A stretch of 64,000 nt of DNA, from contig NZ_LSUQ01000011.1 of NCBI RefSeq assembly GCF_001642725.1, forward strand, positions 1-64,000, read 5' to 3'. This document shows positions 50,415 to 60,971 of the stretch, piece by piece (position 1 is the first letter of the stretch; every line of letters begins with the position of its first letter). The position numbers and the translations under genes are program-made. Under the pieces are notes generated by a model. That model ran no database searches. It saw only the letters and a list, made by a program, of their open reading frames with translations, and had not been told where the DNA came from. The stretch is from Ferroacidibacillus organovorans (lineage in GTDB: Bacteria; Bacillota; Bacilli; Alicyclobacillales; SLC66).

Positions 50415-51423
50415 GGTCGAATTCCTCCCCTCGTTTGAGAATGGCTGCGCGAAGCTGTGGCGCAGTGTCTTCCACTGCGAGCGGGTTGCATGGCGCCCAC
50501 GCTCCAGACTCGGATGAGGCGAGATACTTTACCCTGTCTTTTGAACGCAGCGGCGGGTAAAACTCGATGTGAAAATGATAGAATTCACGAGCATCCGGGA
50601 AATGCCCCGTCGGCGCGGTCGCGTTTGCCACATCCTGGTTCACAGGGCTTTGATGCAGCACCATCATGTAGGGGAATTCGCGGTCGAACAGCGCATCCAT
50701 GCCCGCCGTCACACGTTTTAACATCTTGGCGAGATCGTCCCGCTCTTCACTTGTGAATTGAAGGAGATTCGACGTGTGCGACTTGCTGGAGATGAACGCG
50801 CCATACGGATAATCCGTAAAAAAGGGGATATAGCTCACAAACGAATCCGTTTCCAAAAGCATTCTCTGCTGAAATGACGTCTCTTCTCGGTTGATATCGC
50901 AGATCAGGCAGGATCCTGTCGCAGTGTGATGGTCGCGGCAAGCTTCCAGCTCAACGCGAATCTTTTGCGGCACGTAAGGGTACGCATAGATTTGTCCGTG
51001 TGGGTGCGGCATGGTGACGCCAACCTCCGGCCCGCGATTCTCGAAAATCAGGATGTATTGATGAGCAGGATCTTGTGCTAATGCCGCAAACCGCTCCGCC
51101 CACAAATCGACCAGTTTGCGCAGATGGGAAACGGAAAGCTGTGCGAGCGACGCGTGATGATCTGGAGAATAGAGGATGACTTCACATTTCCCGTACGCCT
51201 CTGCCGTTTGATAAAGCCCTGTGGCTACATCGTCCGGTTGTGGCGGGTGCTGCGACAATGCGGGGAAGTCATTGTCATACTGGTAAACGTCATAGTCTTC
51301 TGGAACCTTGCCCGAGCCGGGACAAAACGGGCAATCGTCCTTTGGCATCTGCGGACGTCCCTGCCGATTGGATGCCACCATGGTCCAGTCTTTTAGCAAT
51401 GGATTGTAGCGCAGTTCGGCCAC
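50401..51423 (-). CDS. galT: galactose-1-phosphate uridylyltransferase
   Basis: ELRYNPL, CPFCPG, NDFPAL, FENRG and HPHGQ motifs. Confidence 0.96.
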   Translation of the reverse strand: MAELRYNPLLKDWTMVASNRQGRPQMPKDDCPFCPGSGKVPEDYDVYQYDNDFPALSQHPPQPDDVATGLYQTAEAYGKCEVILYSPDHHASLAQLSVSHLRKLVDLWAERFAALAQDPAHQYILIFENRGPEVGVTMPHPHGQIYAYPYVPQKIRVELEACRDHHTATGSCLICDINREETSFQQRMLLETDSFVSYIPFFTDYPYGAFISSKSHTSNLLQFTSEERDDLAKMLKRVTAGMDALFDREFPYMMVLHQSPVNQDVANATAPTGHFPDAREFYHFHIEFYPPLRSKDRVKYLASSESGAWAPCNPLAVEDTAPQLRAAILKRGEEFDHDGC

Positions 51424-51483
51424 GGTAGCCCCTCCTTTCTAAATAACGTGGGAGAACCGATCCCCCCACCTCAGCGCGCAAAT

Positions 51484-52365
51484 TTACGTGTCATCCGTCT
51501 CTGCACGCGCGATGATGACTTCTGGCCCGCGTCGGCGAAGTTCCGCAATCTCCGCTGCGTGCGGATCTGAGTCCCCGTCTTTTTCAGCAGATGCGTCTGT
51601 AATCACCACATCCACCTCATCCAGCATGGCGAGATGGGCGAATCCGCGCACCCCCCACTTGGTGTGATCAAACAGCAATACGGACGTCTCCGCCCTCTCC
51701 ATTAAAACGCGATGGACAGACGCTTCTTGCAGATTGGGCGAACTAACGCCGAATTCCAGATCCACGCCGTGCGCGCCAAGAAAGAGCAGGTCTGCGTGCA
51801 ATTGGCGAGCGCTCTGCTCGGCAAGCGGCCCAACCAGCGCATCAGACGGCGTGCGAAATTGTCCCCCCGTCAAGTGAATGTCACGCCAGCCATTGGCCTG
51901 AAGCGCGATGGCGATGTTGGTCGAATTCGTCACGAACGTGAGGGACTCCCGTTTCATGCGCGCCTGGCTGCGACGTTCTTTCACCTCACGCTGTGCGACC
52001 GGTGTGCCCGAACCTGTCGCCAACGACTCGGGCTTGATCCACTTGGCGAGCGTCCAAGTCGTGGTTCCCGCCGACATGCTAATCGTCATGCCAGGCTCGA
52101 TCAAGGATAATGCCTGCTTGGCAATGGCGGTCTTTTCGGCTTGTTGGAGCACGCGCTTGTTCATAAACGCCAGCTCGCTCGTGCTTTTCGCGGCGCGTCC
52201 CCCACCCGCCACTTTTTCCACCATGCCTTGCCGCTGCAACATCGTGAGATCGCGGCGGATTGTGATCTCCGAGACGTTGAGTTGCGCCGCCAGATCCTGA
52301 ATCGATACAAAGCCTTTTTGACTCAACACGCGGAGAAGCGCGTCGTGACGCTCTGTCGGATACAT
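51484..52365 (-). CDS. DeoR/GlpR-family regulator of the gal operon
   Basis: VSEITIRRDL HTH, AGTTT, VTNS and DHTKW motifs. Confidence 0.92.
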   Translation of the reverse strand: MYPTERHDALLRVLSQKGFVSIQDLAAQLNVSEITIRRDLTMLQRQGMVEKVAGGGRAAKSTSELAFMNKRVLQQAEKTAIAKQALSLIEPGMTISMSAGTTTWTLAKWIKPESLATGSGTPVAQREVKERRSQARMKRESLTFVTNSTNIAIALQANGWRDIHLTGGQFRTPSDALVGPLAEQSARQLHADLLFLGAHGVDLEFGVSSPNLQEASVHRVLMERAETSVLLFDHTKWGVRGFAHLAMLDEVDVVITDASAEKDGDSDPHAAEIAELRRRGPEVIIARAETDDT

Positions 52366-52534
52366 CGACGACCCCCTCCTCTCCATCTGCGCACGCTAAT
52401 CTATGGCGCACGACCAAACGGCGAACTCGGCGCGGCGTATGGCGAATCGGCGCAGCGTGGCCCCACGTTTCGCGAAAACAAACTTTGCGCTCGATGGCTC
52501 AATCATTGAATGATCTTATATTATCATTTTTTGA

Positions 52535-53263
52535 TCAACACATTCGATCGTTTTTGAAAATATTTTGCACGCTCCCTGCCAGTTCCCATTCCAGTCCCAG
52601 TTCTCTCTTGAAAGCCTCGAATCCTTTGCGTGTCACGCTTACAGCGCGCCCGCCTGGGACCCGTTCGATCCACAGAAGCTCAAACAACCGATGGGCCATC
52701 GCGGCTCCGAGCGCCCCCGCAATGTGGTGCCGCCGCTCACTCCAGTCCAGACACTGCCGGGCAAAATGGCGTCTGCCACTTCGAAGCTGCTCTGTGTCAA
52801 CGCCGAATGATTGAAACCACGTTTCACCTTCGGATGACACCGTGAAATCTCGATGATTCTCAAGCAAAAACCCCAGTTCCACCATCCGTTCAGTAAGCGC
52901 GACACCAACCTCCCCCGCCAGGTGGTCATAGCACGTGCGAGCAAAGTGCAGAGTCTTGGTTTGATCCGACTCGCGAAGCGAGCGGACAGGCTTGGACGGA
53001 GAGATCGCGCAAAGCGCCTCCAAGGCATGACCTATCTCTTGGTTTGCGAGTCGATAATAACGGTGGCGGCCATGTGATTCTTGAAGCAAAAGACCACCCT
53101 CTACCATTTTCGCGAGATGTGAACTCGCCGTTTGTGGTGTAATGCCTGCGGCGCGCGCCAGTTCACTGGCAGGCATCGCCTTGCCCCCGAGGAGGCGCAT
53201 CAACATCTCTGCCCTAGAGGCATCTCCGATCAAAGAGGCAATTTCAACGACGTTTGGGGTCAT
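52535..53263 (-). CDS. ArsR/SmtB-family regulator (YdfF-like)
   Basis: PQTASSHL, GRHRYY, ARTCYDHLAG and CLDWSERRHH motifs. Confidence 0.9.
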   Translation of the reverse strand: MTPNVVEIASLIGDASRAEMLMRLLGGKAMPASELARAAGITPQTASSHLAKMVEGGLLLQESHGRHRYYRLANQEIGHALEALCAISPSKPVRSLRESDQTKTLHFARTCYDHLAGEVGVALTERMVELGFLLENHRDFTVSSEGETWFQSFGVDTEQLRSGRRHFARQCLDWSERRHHIAGALGAAMAHRLFELLWIERVPGGRAVSVTRKGFEAFKRELGLEWELAGSVQNIFKNDRMC

Positions 53264-53316
53264 CCCCGTTTGCACCCCTTCTTTTTATCTCATCCTATCC
53301 GAATCATACATCCACG

Positions 53317-53334
53317 ATTCGATGATAATCGAAT
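53317..53334. promoter_or_regulatory. candidate ArsR operator
   Basis: ATTCGAT-GATA-ATCGAAT palindrome between the divergent regulator and flavin reductase genes. Confidence 0.55.
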
Positions 53335-53389
53335 GCTTATCGCTTTACAATGAAGGGGACAGACAAACACGCACAGGAGGCGGACCGTT

Positions 53390-54007
53390 ATGCACGTTCA
53401 AGAAGAAATGACGAAGACGAGAACGATTCACCCAAAGATCTTGTATTTTGGGACACCTGTGGTGCTCCTCACGACCCTTCAAGAAGACGGGACAAGCAAC
53501 ATCACACCGATGTCCTCCGCGTGGGCGCTTGGCAATCGCATCATTCTGGGGCTCGGTGAAGGAGGCCAAGGGCTTGTCAATCTGCGACGGCATAAAGAGT
53601 GTGTCGTCAACATCCCCAGCCCCGATCTGTGGCCTCAAGTCGAGGTGTTGGCGCCCCTGACCGGGGCAAATCCAGTCCCCGCGCATAAAAAGGGGGTCTT
53701 TCGATATGAAAAGGACAAATTTGCGGCGTCCGGTCTGTCTGCCATCCCCTCCCATCGTGTGGCGCCCAGCCGAATCGCCGAATGTCCGCTGCAAATCGAG
53801 GCAAGCGTGGTGAATCTTCGCGTGACAGGAGAAGATACCCGATTTGCAATCATTGAAACAGAAGCGGTATTGATTCACGCGCACGAGCGCATCATCATCG
53901 ATGACACGCACATTGACCCATTAAAGTGGAGTCCACTGATCTACAATTTTCGTCACTATTTTGGTCTTGGCGAACAAAGAGGTAAGACGTTTCGCGCAGA
54001 GGTTTGA
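53390..54007 (+). CDS. flavin reductase-like (DIM6/NTAB) protein
   Basis: ILYFGTPVVL, NITPMSS, ECVVN and IAECPLQIE motifs. Confidence 0.88.
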   Translation: MHVQEEMTKTRTIHPKILYFGTPVVLLTTLQEDGTSNITPMSSAWALGNRIILGLGEGGQGLVNLRRHKECVVNIPSPDLWPQVEVLAPLTGANPVPAHKKGVFRYEKDKFAASGLSAIPSHRVAPSRIAECPLQIEASVVNLRVTGEDTRFAIIETEAVLIHAHERIIIDDTHIDPLKWSPLIYNFRHYFGLGEQRGKTFRAEV

Positions 54008-54055
54008 GAATGCAGCTTGCAAATCCATGGTTCCGCCATGGCGTCTCCTGCTGGC

Positions 54056-55402
54056 TCACGCTAACTGCTGAACCCAATTGCGTGTCCTTCGATACCACAG
54101 AAAGAGTCCTGCACGCAACGCGTTATCTGCAGCAATGCTGACCCACACGGCTGGCAAGCCAAAGCCGAGGCGCCAGGCAAAGAGGTACACACCCAGTGTC
54201 CGAACACCCCAAATGCCAATCATCGTAGTGATCATGGGAAACTTGCTGTTGCCTCCGGCTTGAATGGCGGATGTGTCTACCAAGACGGCCGCCAAAAAAG
54301 GCTGGGAAAAGACATCGATGGCAAGGATGATGAACAGCAGGTGTATGACATGTGGGTTGTGTGTGAATAAAAGGCCGATCCAAGGACTTAACACACACAA
54401 AAGAACGGCAACCGCTGTCATGGATACTGCCGACTCCATGTAGCTAAAGCGTCGATACATCCTCACATCAGATTCATTGCCGCTTCCAATGGCTTGTCCG
54501 ATCGTGGCTGTGGTTGCGACAGCAAATCCGTTTCCAATTGCCGATCCGAATGTCGTGATGGTTCCTGCAATATTGTGTGTTGCATACACATCAATACCCA
54601 TCCGCACGATGAGTCCAAAATATACGACTTGCCCAAGGCGCATGGAAAGGCGTTCCAATGCGGCAGGAATCGCAAATTGTGTCATACTCCAGCCGAGCGA
54701 GGTTGACAACTTCAAGTCTGAAACGCGCAAGGTGAGTGAGTCCACGCTACGGGATTTTTGCCAAAGGCGAATCAGAGCGTAAAGACGCGCGAGCACCATG
54801 GCGATGGCCGCGCCCTTGATGCCGAATCCGTGAAACGGTCCCACCCCGAAAATCAGCACATAATCAAATACAACGTGCAGACCGTTCATTTCAAGTCCCA
54901 CACGAAATGGGGTCTTGGTGTCGCCAATAGCCCGAAATGCCGCCGACTGCGCAGTAAACAACGCGATAAATGGAGAGATTCCAAGTACAACTGAAAAATA
55001 CGGGAGTGCCGTACTCTGCAGAGTCCCTTGAGCGCCCATGACATGCAGCAGCGGTACCGCGAAAAAGAGGGAGATAAGCGAAGCGAAGAGGCCGATGATG
55101 AATGCAATGACAAAACCATGCCAAATCACTGAATGACTTCGTTCTTTGTTTTTCGCGCCAACCGCGCGGGACAAAAAGACCGAAAGCGCCGCCGACACCG
55201 CCGTAAACACACCAATGTAGGTCATACTGTAGACATTGGTCACACCCACTGCATCAATCGCGATAAGTCCCAGCTTCGCAATAAAGAAGGTGTCAACAAC
55301 ACCCAATAAATTCTGCAGATACGCCTCTCCAATGGCAGGCAATGCAATATTGAACACCTGTTTAGCTTGAGTTGGGATTCGAGTGGCCAAACCCATACGC
55401 AT
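54056..55402 (-). CDS. MATE-family efflux transporter
   Basis: ALPAIGE..VDT..KLG, RAIGDTKTP, GIKGAAIA and IGQAIGS motifs. Confidence 0.92.
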   Translation of the reverse strand: MRMGLATRIPTQAKQVFNIALPAIGEAYLQNLLGVVDTFFIAKLGLIAIDAVGVTNVYSMTYIGVFTAVSAALSVFLSRAVGAKNKERSHSVIWHGFVIAFIIGLFASLISLFFAVPLLHVMGAQGTLQSTALPYFSVVLGISPFIALFTAQSAAFRAIGDTKTPFRVGLEMNGLHVVFDYVLIFGVGPFHGFGIKGAAIAMVLARLYALIRLWQKSRSVDSLTLRVSDLKLSTSLGWSMTQFAIPAALERLSMRLGQVVYFGLIVRMGIDVYATHNIAGTITTFGSAIGNGFAVATTATIGQAIGSGNESDVRMYRRFSYMESAVSMTAVAVLLCVLSPWIGLLFTHNPHVIHLLFIILAIDVFSQPFLAAVLVDTSAIQAGGNSKFPMITTMIGIWGVRTLGVYLFAWRLGFGLPAVWVSIAADNALRAGLFLWYRRTRNWVQQLA

Positions 55403-55453
55403 CTTCCTTTCCGCGCCCCTCTTGAACTAGTTCAAGACATTTTTCCACGTCTG

Positions 55454-55666
55454 TCACGGATGGATGATCCGAAGCCGCTGCCATTTTTCACACCAATCCT
55501 TTGTCGCTACCCGGTCATCATAAATCTTTTGTTTATTCCCCGATATGAAAAAAGGAGTTGGACGAACAATTAAGTTTACCAAATCATCAACTCCATACGG
55601 CGCAACCAACTCCACCTGACCATCGTTGTCCAAATAAGCTCCGATGTATAGTTCCCAGCACCACAA
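55454..55666 (-). pseudogene. C-terminal remnant of a DUF925-like nucleotidyltransferase
   Basis: LVAPYGVDDL.NL.VRPTP...Y..RV..K.W..KW..L matches the family C-terminus. The N-terminus is missing. Confidence 0.65.
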
Positions 55667-55843
55667 ACCACATCTAAAACTTGATCTTGATTACGTACCT
55701 GTAGATGTTGTCTGAGCCTATGTACAATCTCTGAATCGGCTTTGCGCGGGTATCGTAGATCTTACCGATCTCGTCGAATAGCTCACTCAACATACTTCCC
55801 CCCAACTTCATAACCCTGCAACCCACTCAATGACCATCACATT

Positions 55844-56380
55844 CTAAGCGAGGTCAATGTCCTCAAATAGTATATACGTGTTCTTTTCGATTTCCTGAAA
55901 GACACGAATGAAATCAACTGAGAAAGTCGGGAATGGAAAAAGAGTTATCGACGCAAATGACCTCATTTCGCTGATTTCCTCTGAACTCATACCCCAATGG
56001 GTTTGTCCTAACGTTAGATGCGGGATGAATCGTTCCATCTCCATATACTGTTTCATAACTTCTGGTGGCGGTGAAACAGCTTCAACAAGCCGCTCGTGGA
56101 AGTCGTGAATTTCAGAGGATTCCACACTTAAATAGGCAACAGCCTCACCAAAAGTTTTAGGTTGATCAATCGATACTGTGAATCGCGGAAATGATGCACA
56201 GGTACGTTTAATTGACTCCAGCCAGCGCAAATCGTCACCCAATCCGCTCTGCGCTTTGACGGTAATGTGGGGTTCGGCGACTTCCCATGTCCGATTGCTT
56301 TGCCACCTCTTCTGAAACTCGACAATCCTTTCTTTATAATCCGTTGGTGGAACGATTCCGACAAAATACTGCACCGTCAT
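55844..56380 (-). CDS. 2H phosphoesterase (2'-5' RNA ligase family)
   Basis: Two HxT motifs, PHITVK and PHLTLG. Confidence 0.85.
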   Translation of the reverse strand: MTVQYFVGIVPPTDYKERIVEFQKRWQSNRTWEVAEPHITVKAQSGLGDDLRWLESIKRTCASFPRFTVSIDQPKTFGEAVAYLSVESSEIHDFHERLVEAVSPPPEVMKQYMEMERFIPHLTLGQTHWGMSSEEISEMRSFASITLFPFPTFSVDFIRVFQEIEKNTYILFEDIDLA

Positions 56381-56456
56381 ACCCCCGTCTATTTTTAACC
56401 GCCGAATAGAAATCAAGGAGGGATGTGACGCCCTCCCCTCCTTGAGCAAATGGCAT

Positions 56457-56908
56457 TTACGACTTGCTGGCCACCATCATCATTTCAAAGTCGTCAATGG
56501 TAAGTGGCTTACGTTCAAATTTCCTTGTTGCGCAACCAAAACCAGCATCGACTTCAAAGCAAGAATGCTCCTTCACATAAACAAATTGCCGCATCGAACT
56601 CAGGCTCGAACTGCATCCGTTTGGCATCTTGAACATGAAATTCCGCACTGAGATTTTCCACGTCAGACGTTTTATTTGCAATGACGACAAAGCATTCCGA
56701 GATGTCTATGCAACGGTGCAAAATCCACGACGAGCCAATTCCAAACTGTGCCGTCCTGCACCACAGCCAACATCCAAAATTCTGGAACCGACGGGTAAGT
56801 TCAACAACTTCATCAGAAAATCAACTTCTTGAACGCTTCCCTTCGCAAACCCATACTCAAGATAGTTTCCGCCTAAAAAATCTCCTATCGAACGGTAAAA
56901 TGTGCCAT
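56457..56908 (-). pseudogene. class I SAM-dependent methyltransferase, frameshifted and internally deleted
   Basis: RILDVGCGAGRHSLELARRG, then a stop/frameshift. FDAAICLCEGAF lies in another frame. Confidence 0.75.
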
Positions 56909-56914
56909 ATACCC

Positions 56915-57784
56915 CTAATCATAGTGATCTATACCGGAATATACATCAACACATCGGATTACTTCCTGACGAACACGATCCCAGTTGAGATCATTGTTAT
57001 CTATGACTTTCTTTCGTAACGGAAGTTGTCTCAAAACTTTTCGCTCTATATGGGTACGCACTACGAGAAATTCCACAAGCCCATCAAAACCTGTCAGCCC
57101 GTGACTTAACCCGTAACCCTGTTTTGTAAAATACTGAGTTACACCCTCTTTCCACTCCGATGAACGTTTCTCAAACGCCCTGTTTAGCGTGACGCGTACA
57201 TCGCCAGGATGGAAATAGATGAGCTGAGGAAACAGCGGTTTAATGACGTTTGCCAACTCTAACACATAATTGATAATCGCTTCTTCTGGTGCATCATAGC
57301 GACCGAGCATCGCTGTGAGGGGGTTCTGAATGAAACAACATTCAAAAATGGTTATTTCGTCCCTTTGCAGTTGCGTCTGTACGAACTCACGCCATCTAGT
57401 CAGATGCACTTCGCAGTATCGCTCTAACGGCAATATGCCATCGTAAATGTCATGCTGCATAACGTCTGCCAAAAGCTCGTCTGGAAGTACATCACCCATT
57501 TCACGTCTACACTTACCATATGGAATAAACTTATAAGCGCCCCTGTCCTCAGTCATCGACCGAATCAACGCTATAGATGCGGAGTGTTTCTGCAAAATCC
57601 TGTTGTATTCCTGAACAGTGAAACAGGCGACTTTATCGTAATCAGCAGGATGATCCAAATCTCCTTCAAGAAAGAGGCTTACCTTCACCCCTGATTCTAT
57701 TAAATGATCATAGATAAACTGAGCCGTGGTGGTCTTTCCTAATCCCCATACGCCTTCAACGACGATCAGTTTACACTTTGTCAT
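56915..57784 (-). CDS. P-loop nucleoside/nucleotide kinase-like protein
   Basis: LIVVEGVWGLGKTT Walker A, EGDLDHPAD and IFEC..IQNP. Confidence 0.75.
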   Translation of the reverse strand: MTKCKLIVVEGVWGLGKTTTAQFIYDHLIESGVKVSLFLEGDLDHPADYDKVACFTVQEYNRILQKHSASIALIRSMTEDRGAYKFIPYGKCRREMGDVLPDELLADVMQHDIYDGILPLERYCEVHLTRWREFVQTQLQRDEITIFECCFIQNPLTAMLGRYDAPEEAIINYVLELANVIKPLFPQLIYFHPGDVRVTLNRAFEKRSSEWKEGVTQYFTKQGYGLSHGLTGFDGLVEFLVVRTHIERKVLRQLPLRKKVIDNNDLNWDRVRQEVIRCVDVYSGIDHYD

Positions 57785-57989
57785 TGGAATTGTTCCTCCG
57801 ATTCGCATAAGGAAGCGTTTGGGGATCTGTATTTTTTCCTCATTATAATTTTAAAATTAAAAAATTACTAGTCATGCATTTCTAAACATGTTGCTAAAAA
57901 TTATAGTCCTGCCCGTTTTCTCGTTTGAAACAGATGTCTATTTGTGTTGAAGCAAGTGATTATTGTTTAGAACTGAGGAATTTATGGGG

Positions 57990-58028
57990 CTATAACTCGC
58001 GCTCCAACCTCGCCACGCACTCCACATG
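57990..58028 (-). other. displaced rlmD 3' end (att junction)
   Basis: Reads HVECVARLEREL*. The 14 bp at 58015-58028 are identical to rlmD 60997-61010. Confidence 0.8.
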
Positions 58029-58062
58029 TGTCGAGTGCTTAATATTGACATGAAAAGAGCCA

Positions 58063-58194
58063 TCATTCGGCCCCCGAAGACAATTGGGTTTCAAATCGGT
58101 CATGGATAACAATTTCATTGTAGTCCTTAACTTCAACACACTCAATCAAGCGGTGCAGTACGTCACAAAGCAATGATGGACTACCAGTTTCCAT
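58063..58194 (-). pseudogene. C-terminal remnant of a large serine recombinase
   Basis: DVLHRLIECVEVKDYNEIVIHDRF resembles the L..LI..I.V.....I.I.Y.F C-terminal motif of large serine recombinases. Confidence 0.6.
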
Positions 58195-58303
58195 CGCGGA
58201 CTAATTTAAATCCCTGTTGTAGATCCCTTTGCTATTGTGGGTGATGTCTAACAAAAAAGTCTACTTCAATACCAATGAAGGGTGTCAGACACCCATGGTG
58301 CCT

Positions 58304-59120
58304 TTACAGCAGCACACTCTCATTTAAAAATCGATTGTCCCTGACGATTTTTCTTATCTTTTTTATCGTGTTTGCGTGTTTTGGAACTCCGACGATCCGG
58401 TCGAGCAGTAGCAACCTTATGCAGGCAAGCGCATCAAAGATCTCCAACTCGTTTGTCGTTACGCGTATCTCATTTTGATAATTGTGCAAAAACGTCAGGC
58501 TTTTGCTCTCACTGGATCCCCAAATTGCCCATTCGTCCAGTCAATCACCGTGTATCGTCCATTTTCTTCTACGATATTACCTAAATTAAAATCGCCGTGA
58601 ATGATTCGGTCCATGTTCATATCTGCGGACGCAATGAGACGGATCAGTTCCTCTTTCATCGACGGAAACGCCTCAATCCCTGAATAGAAATACTCAACAA
58701 AATCACACCTAGCGAGCACATTACCTCCCAATTTCTCCGGATGCAGCCGATGAATGTCAGCTAGAAGAGAGGCGACTATCTTAAAATGTTCGGACTTACC
58801 TTCGTTAGTGCAGCGCCGTGATAACGGGTTAGCAGCACACTATCCCCGGTCCAGGTTCGCCCACAGGCAATCGGCACCGACACCTGAACTCTCTGAAGAT
58901 GTAGAGCTTCCAAAAGCCGATATTGGCGTAGAATGTCGGGTTTAGATCGTTTATTCCGCACCTTCAACACAAAATGCTCCTCCCCTTGCGTAATCTTAAC
59001 CACATCTGCCTCAAGCCCCGGTGAAAGAGGGTTAAGCGTAAGTTCAGCACACGAAGTAATCAGGTTATCCAAAATTGGATTTGTTTCATGCCATTCAATA
59101 CCCGCCAATGAGTGAGTCAC
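58304..59120 (-). pseudogene. APH/choline kinase-like phosphotransferase, broken into three frames
   Basis: FVLKV.. N-lobe (58776-59120), IIHGDFNLGNI..VIDW (58495-58731) and a C-terminal piece (58304-58489). Confidence 0.8.
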
Positions 59121-60059
59121 GAGATTTTCCTTTCTCTTTTGCGTCTTGTTAAGTTTACTTGCCCACTAATGACATAATCCAAATAATTCCTTGATGTACA
59201 CTTATGTCACGTGGTCAACAATTAAGGTATCAAACATACATATGTTACAAATCTGTCAAAAACAATAATCTAGTAATCAGCACGACACAAAGGATGATGC
59301 TGAAATAAAAATTAATTCTCTGATGTATGAGCTAAAGCCCTGTTTTTCAAAAAAATCACCCAAACACTTGAGCAGCAATTGCAAAAAGCTGTCCGCTGTG
59401 TGGAGGTAGTTCATCTCCGTTTAAAAGCATGATTGGGGGTTGAGTAACCATCTCAAATCCGCACCGAACCGATATTGATATAAATTGTGTTCGCTTTTAA
59501 TGTGGTATCCTTTGGTCATAGACCGTGTCAATAAAGTGCGAGGAGATAGAGGTGACCACCCAACGAGAAGGACACACTACGAGTACGAGGCCTGCGTCCA
59601 GACCCATGATACCTTCTTCGTTTTCATTCATGGACTGGTCGTATTTGCTGGATGAACTGAACCGCTTGATGGAGGCCTTGCATATCAAAAGTTTTTAAGT
59701 CGTTGCTCATAAATGACGAAGGGAACGGGAAGAACAATCCGTTGCAGCGATGAACAAACAGGGATTTTGATACAAGATTACTCTGGGCTCGCCCGCATGC
59801 TGAGGAAGGAACAGCAGGATGCTCTCATTGACTGGCGCGAATACCAGAAGCGAATGGAGCAACATCGGCAAAACGGGATCAAACACGCTTCCTTATACTA
59901 ATCGACAGAGTCACTAAACAAACGGGCAAGTCATTCCCGATCACAGTCGAAACTTGTCGAGAGGCTCGTGAATTGTGACTGAGTCAACGTATTCTTTGCT
60001 TTCGTAGAAGCTACGTTGTACTGCTAGTTTTTCGGAGCTTTCTTAAAAACCACCTGACC

Positions 60060-60473
60060 TTAGCCGATACTAAATGTGCCAATAACAGTCTTTCCATTAA
60101 CAGCATAAAGCGGGATTTTTCTAACGCTACCAGGTTTTCGGTCCATTGCCACAGCCTCTGCTGGCGTCTTGGGCATTGGCAAGAATTCGTCTTGTTTTAG
60201 CACATAACCAATAATGGGGTGTCCATTAGCATCTACCCCTTGTGTCAAAATCAAATCCGGCTCTGTGGCTAGAGATGTTGAATACATATCAGAGCCATAC
60301 GTTTGGCCATTCTGGTTTTTTGGAAAGTCGATCTTGTGTACTATGGGTAGGGAATTCGGATGAGGTATAAATAGAGATTTTGCAAAGCTGAAACCAGACA
60401 TACTCACCGTTATCCCTAGGATGAGAACACCGCCAATGACTGTCGTGCGCCCCGCAAACGGTTTAAACCACAT
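60060..60473 (-). CDS. secreted hypothetical protein
   Basis: AAGGGGGG RBS, signal peptide, and N.NGQTYGS..EPDLI...G..G..GYV..IPLY..NGKTVIGTF. Confidence 0.75.
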   Translation of the reverse strand: MWFKPFAGRTTVIGGVLILGITVSMSGFSFAKSLFIPHPNSLPIVHKIDFPKNQNGQTYGSDMYSTSLATEPDLILTQGVDANGHPIIGYVLKQDEFLPMPKTPAEAVAMDRKPGSVRKIPLYAVNGKTVIGTFSIG

Positions 60474-60485
60474 TTTCTTCCCCCC

Positions 60486-60611
60486 TTAGTAAGCTAGACT
60501 CGGGCTCTGATAAGTCTGGAAAGTTGTATACCCGTTGCCGTTATAAGCAGCGGTTGCTCGGATAGAGTAGTAAGTACCATTATTGTATTCGTAAGGCGTA
60601 TTCTGCCTCAT
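60486..60611 (-). pseudogene. 41-aa Tyr/Asn-rich ORF, probably a truncated partner gene
   Basis: AGGAGG RBS and MRQNTPYEYNNGTYYSIRATAAYNGNGYTTFQTYQSPSLAY*. The stop abuts the RBS of the next gene. Confidence 0.45.
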
Positions 60612-60910
60612 TCCGCCGCACGCCTCCTATAAAAACTCCATTACTGTTACAGAAATTACTGCAGTGGCCTTATTACGTGTTTACTAGAATGTTCTGTCGA
60701 ATCACAGTGATAGCTTACCATAACATAATTATCTTTTCATGTCGGAATTTGTCGTTCGCCGAAATGTCATCATCGATCCTATCTCAGTTCACGAAAACTA
60801 GATCATTATACAATCAGTTTAATAGACATGTTAGCACTACAACATCACGTCGCTCCTACTTCAATTGTAGGTCAGACACTTTCTTGAAGACGCCTCTTCC
60901 GGTGTAAACG

Positions 60911-60939
60911 GAAGGCTCGATCCAATAGGTCGAGCCTTC
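60911..60939 (-). terminator. hairpin downstream of rlmD
   Basis: GAAGGCTCGA-N9-TCGAGCCTTC. Confidence 0.6.
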
Positions 60940-60971
60940 TCCTCTGCGTCGGCAATTCCCATCTCCGAATT

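Noticed and set aside
56457..59120. Stops in the methyltransferase and phosphotransferase as further recoding sites
   Set aside because: They are frameshifts with TAG or shifted stops, not in-frame TGA at conserved Cys positions.
59170..59209. TGACATAA-N24-TTATGTCA inverted repeat as a res or att site
   Set aside because: Only 8-bp arms in AT-rich DNA, which could be chance.
59500..59901. Short ORFs and a possible IS end (TAGACCGTGTCAA)
   Set aside because: No matching second inverted repeat or transposase motif was found.
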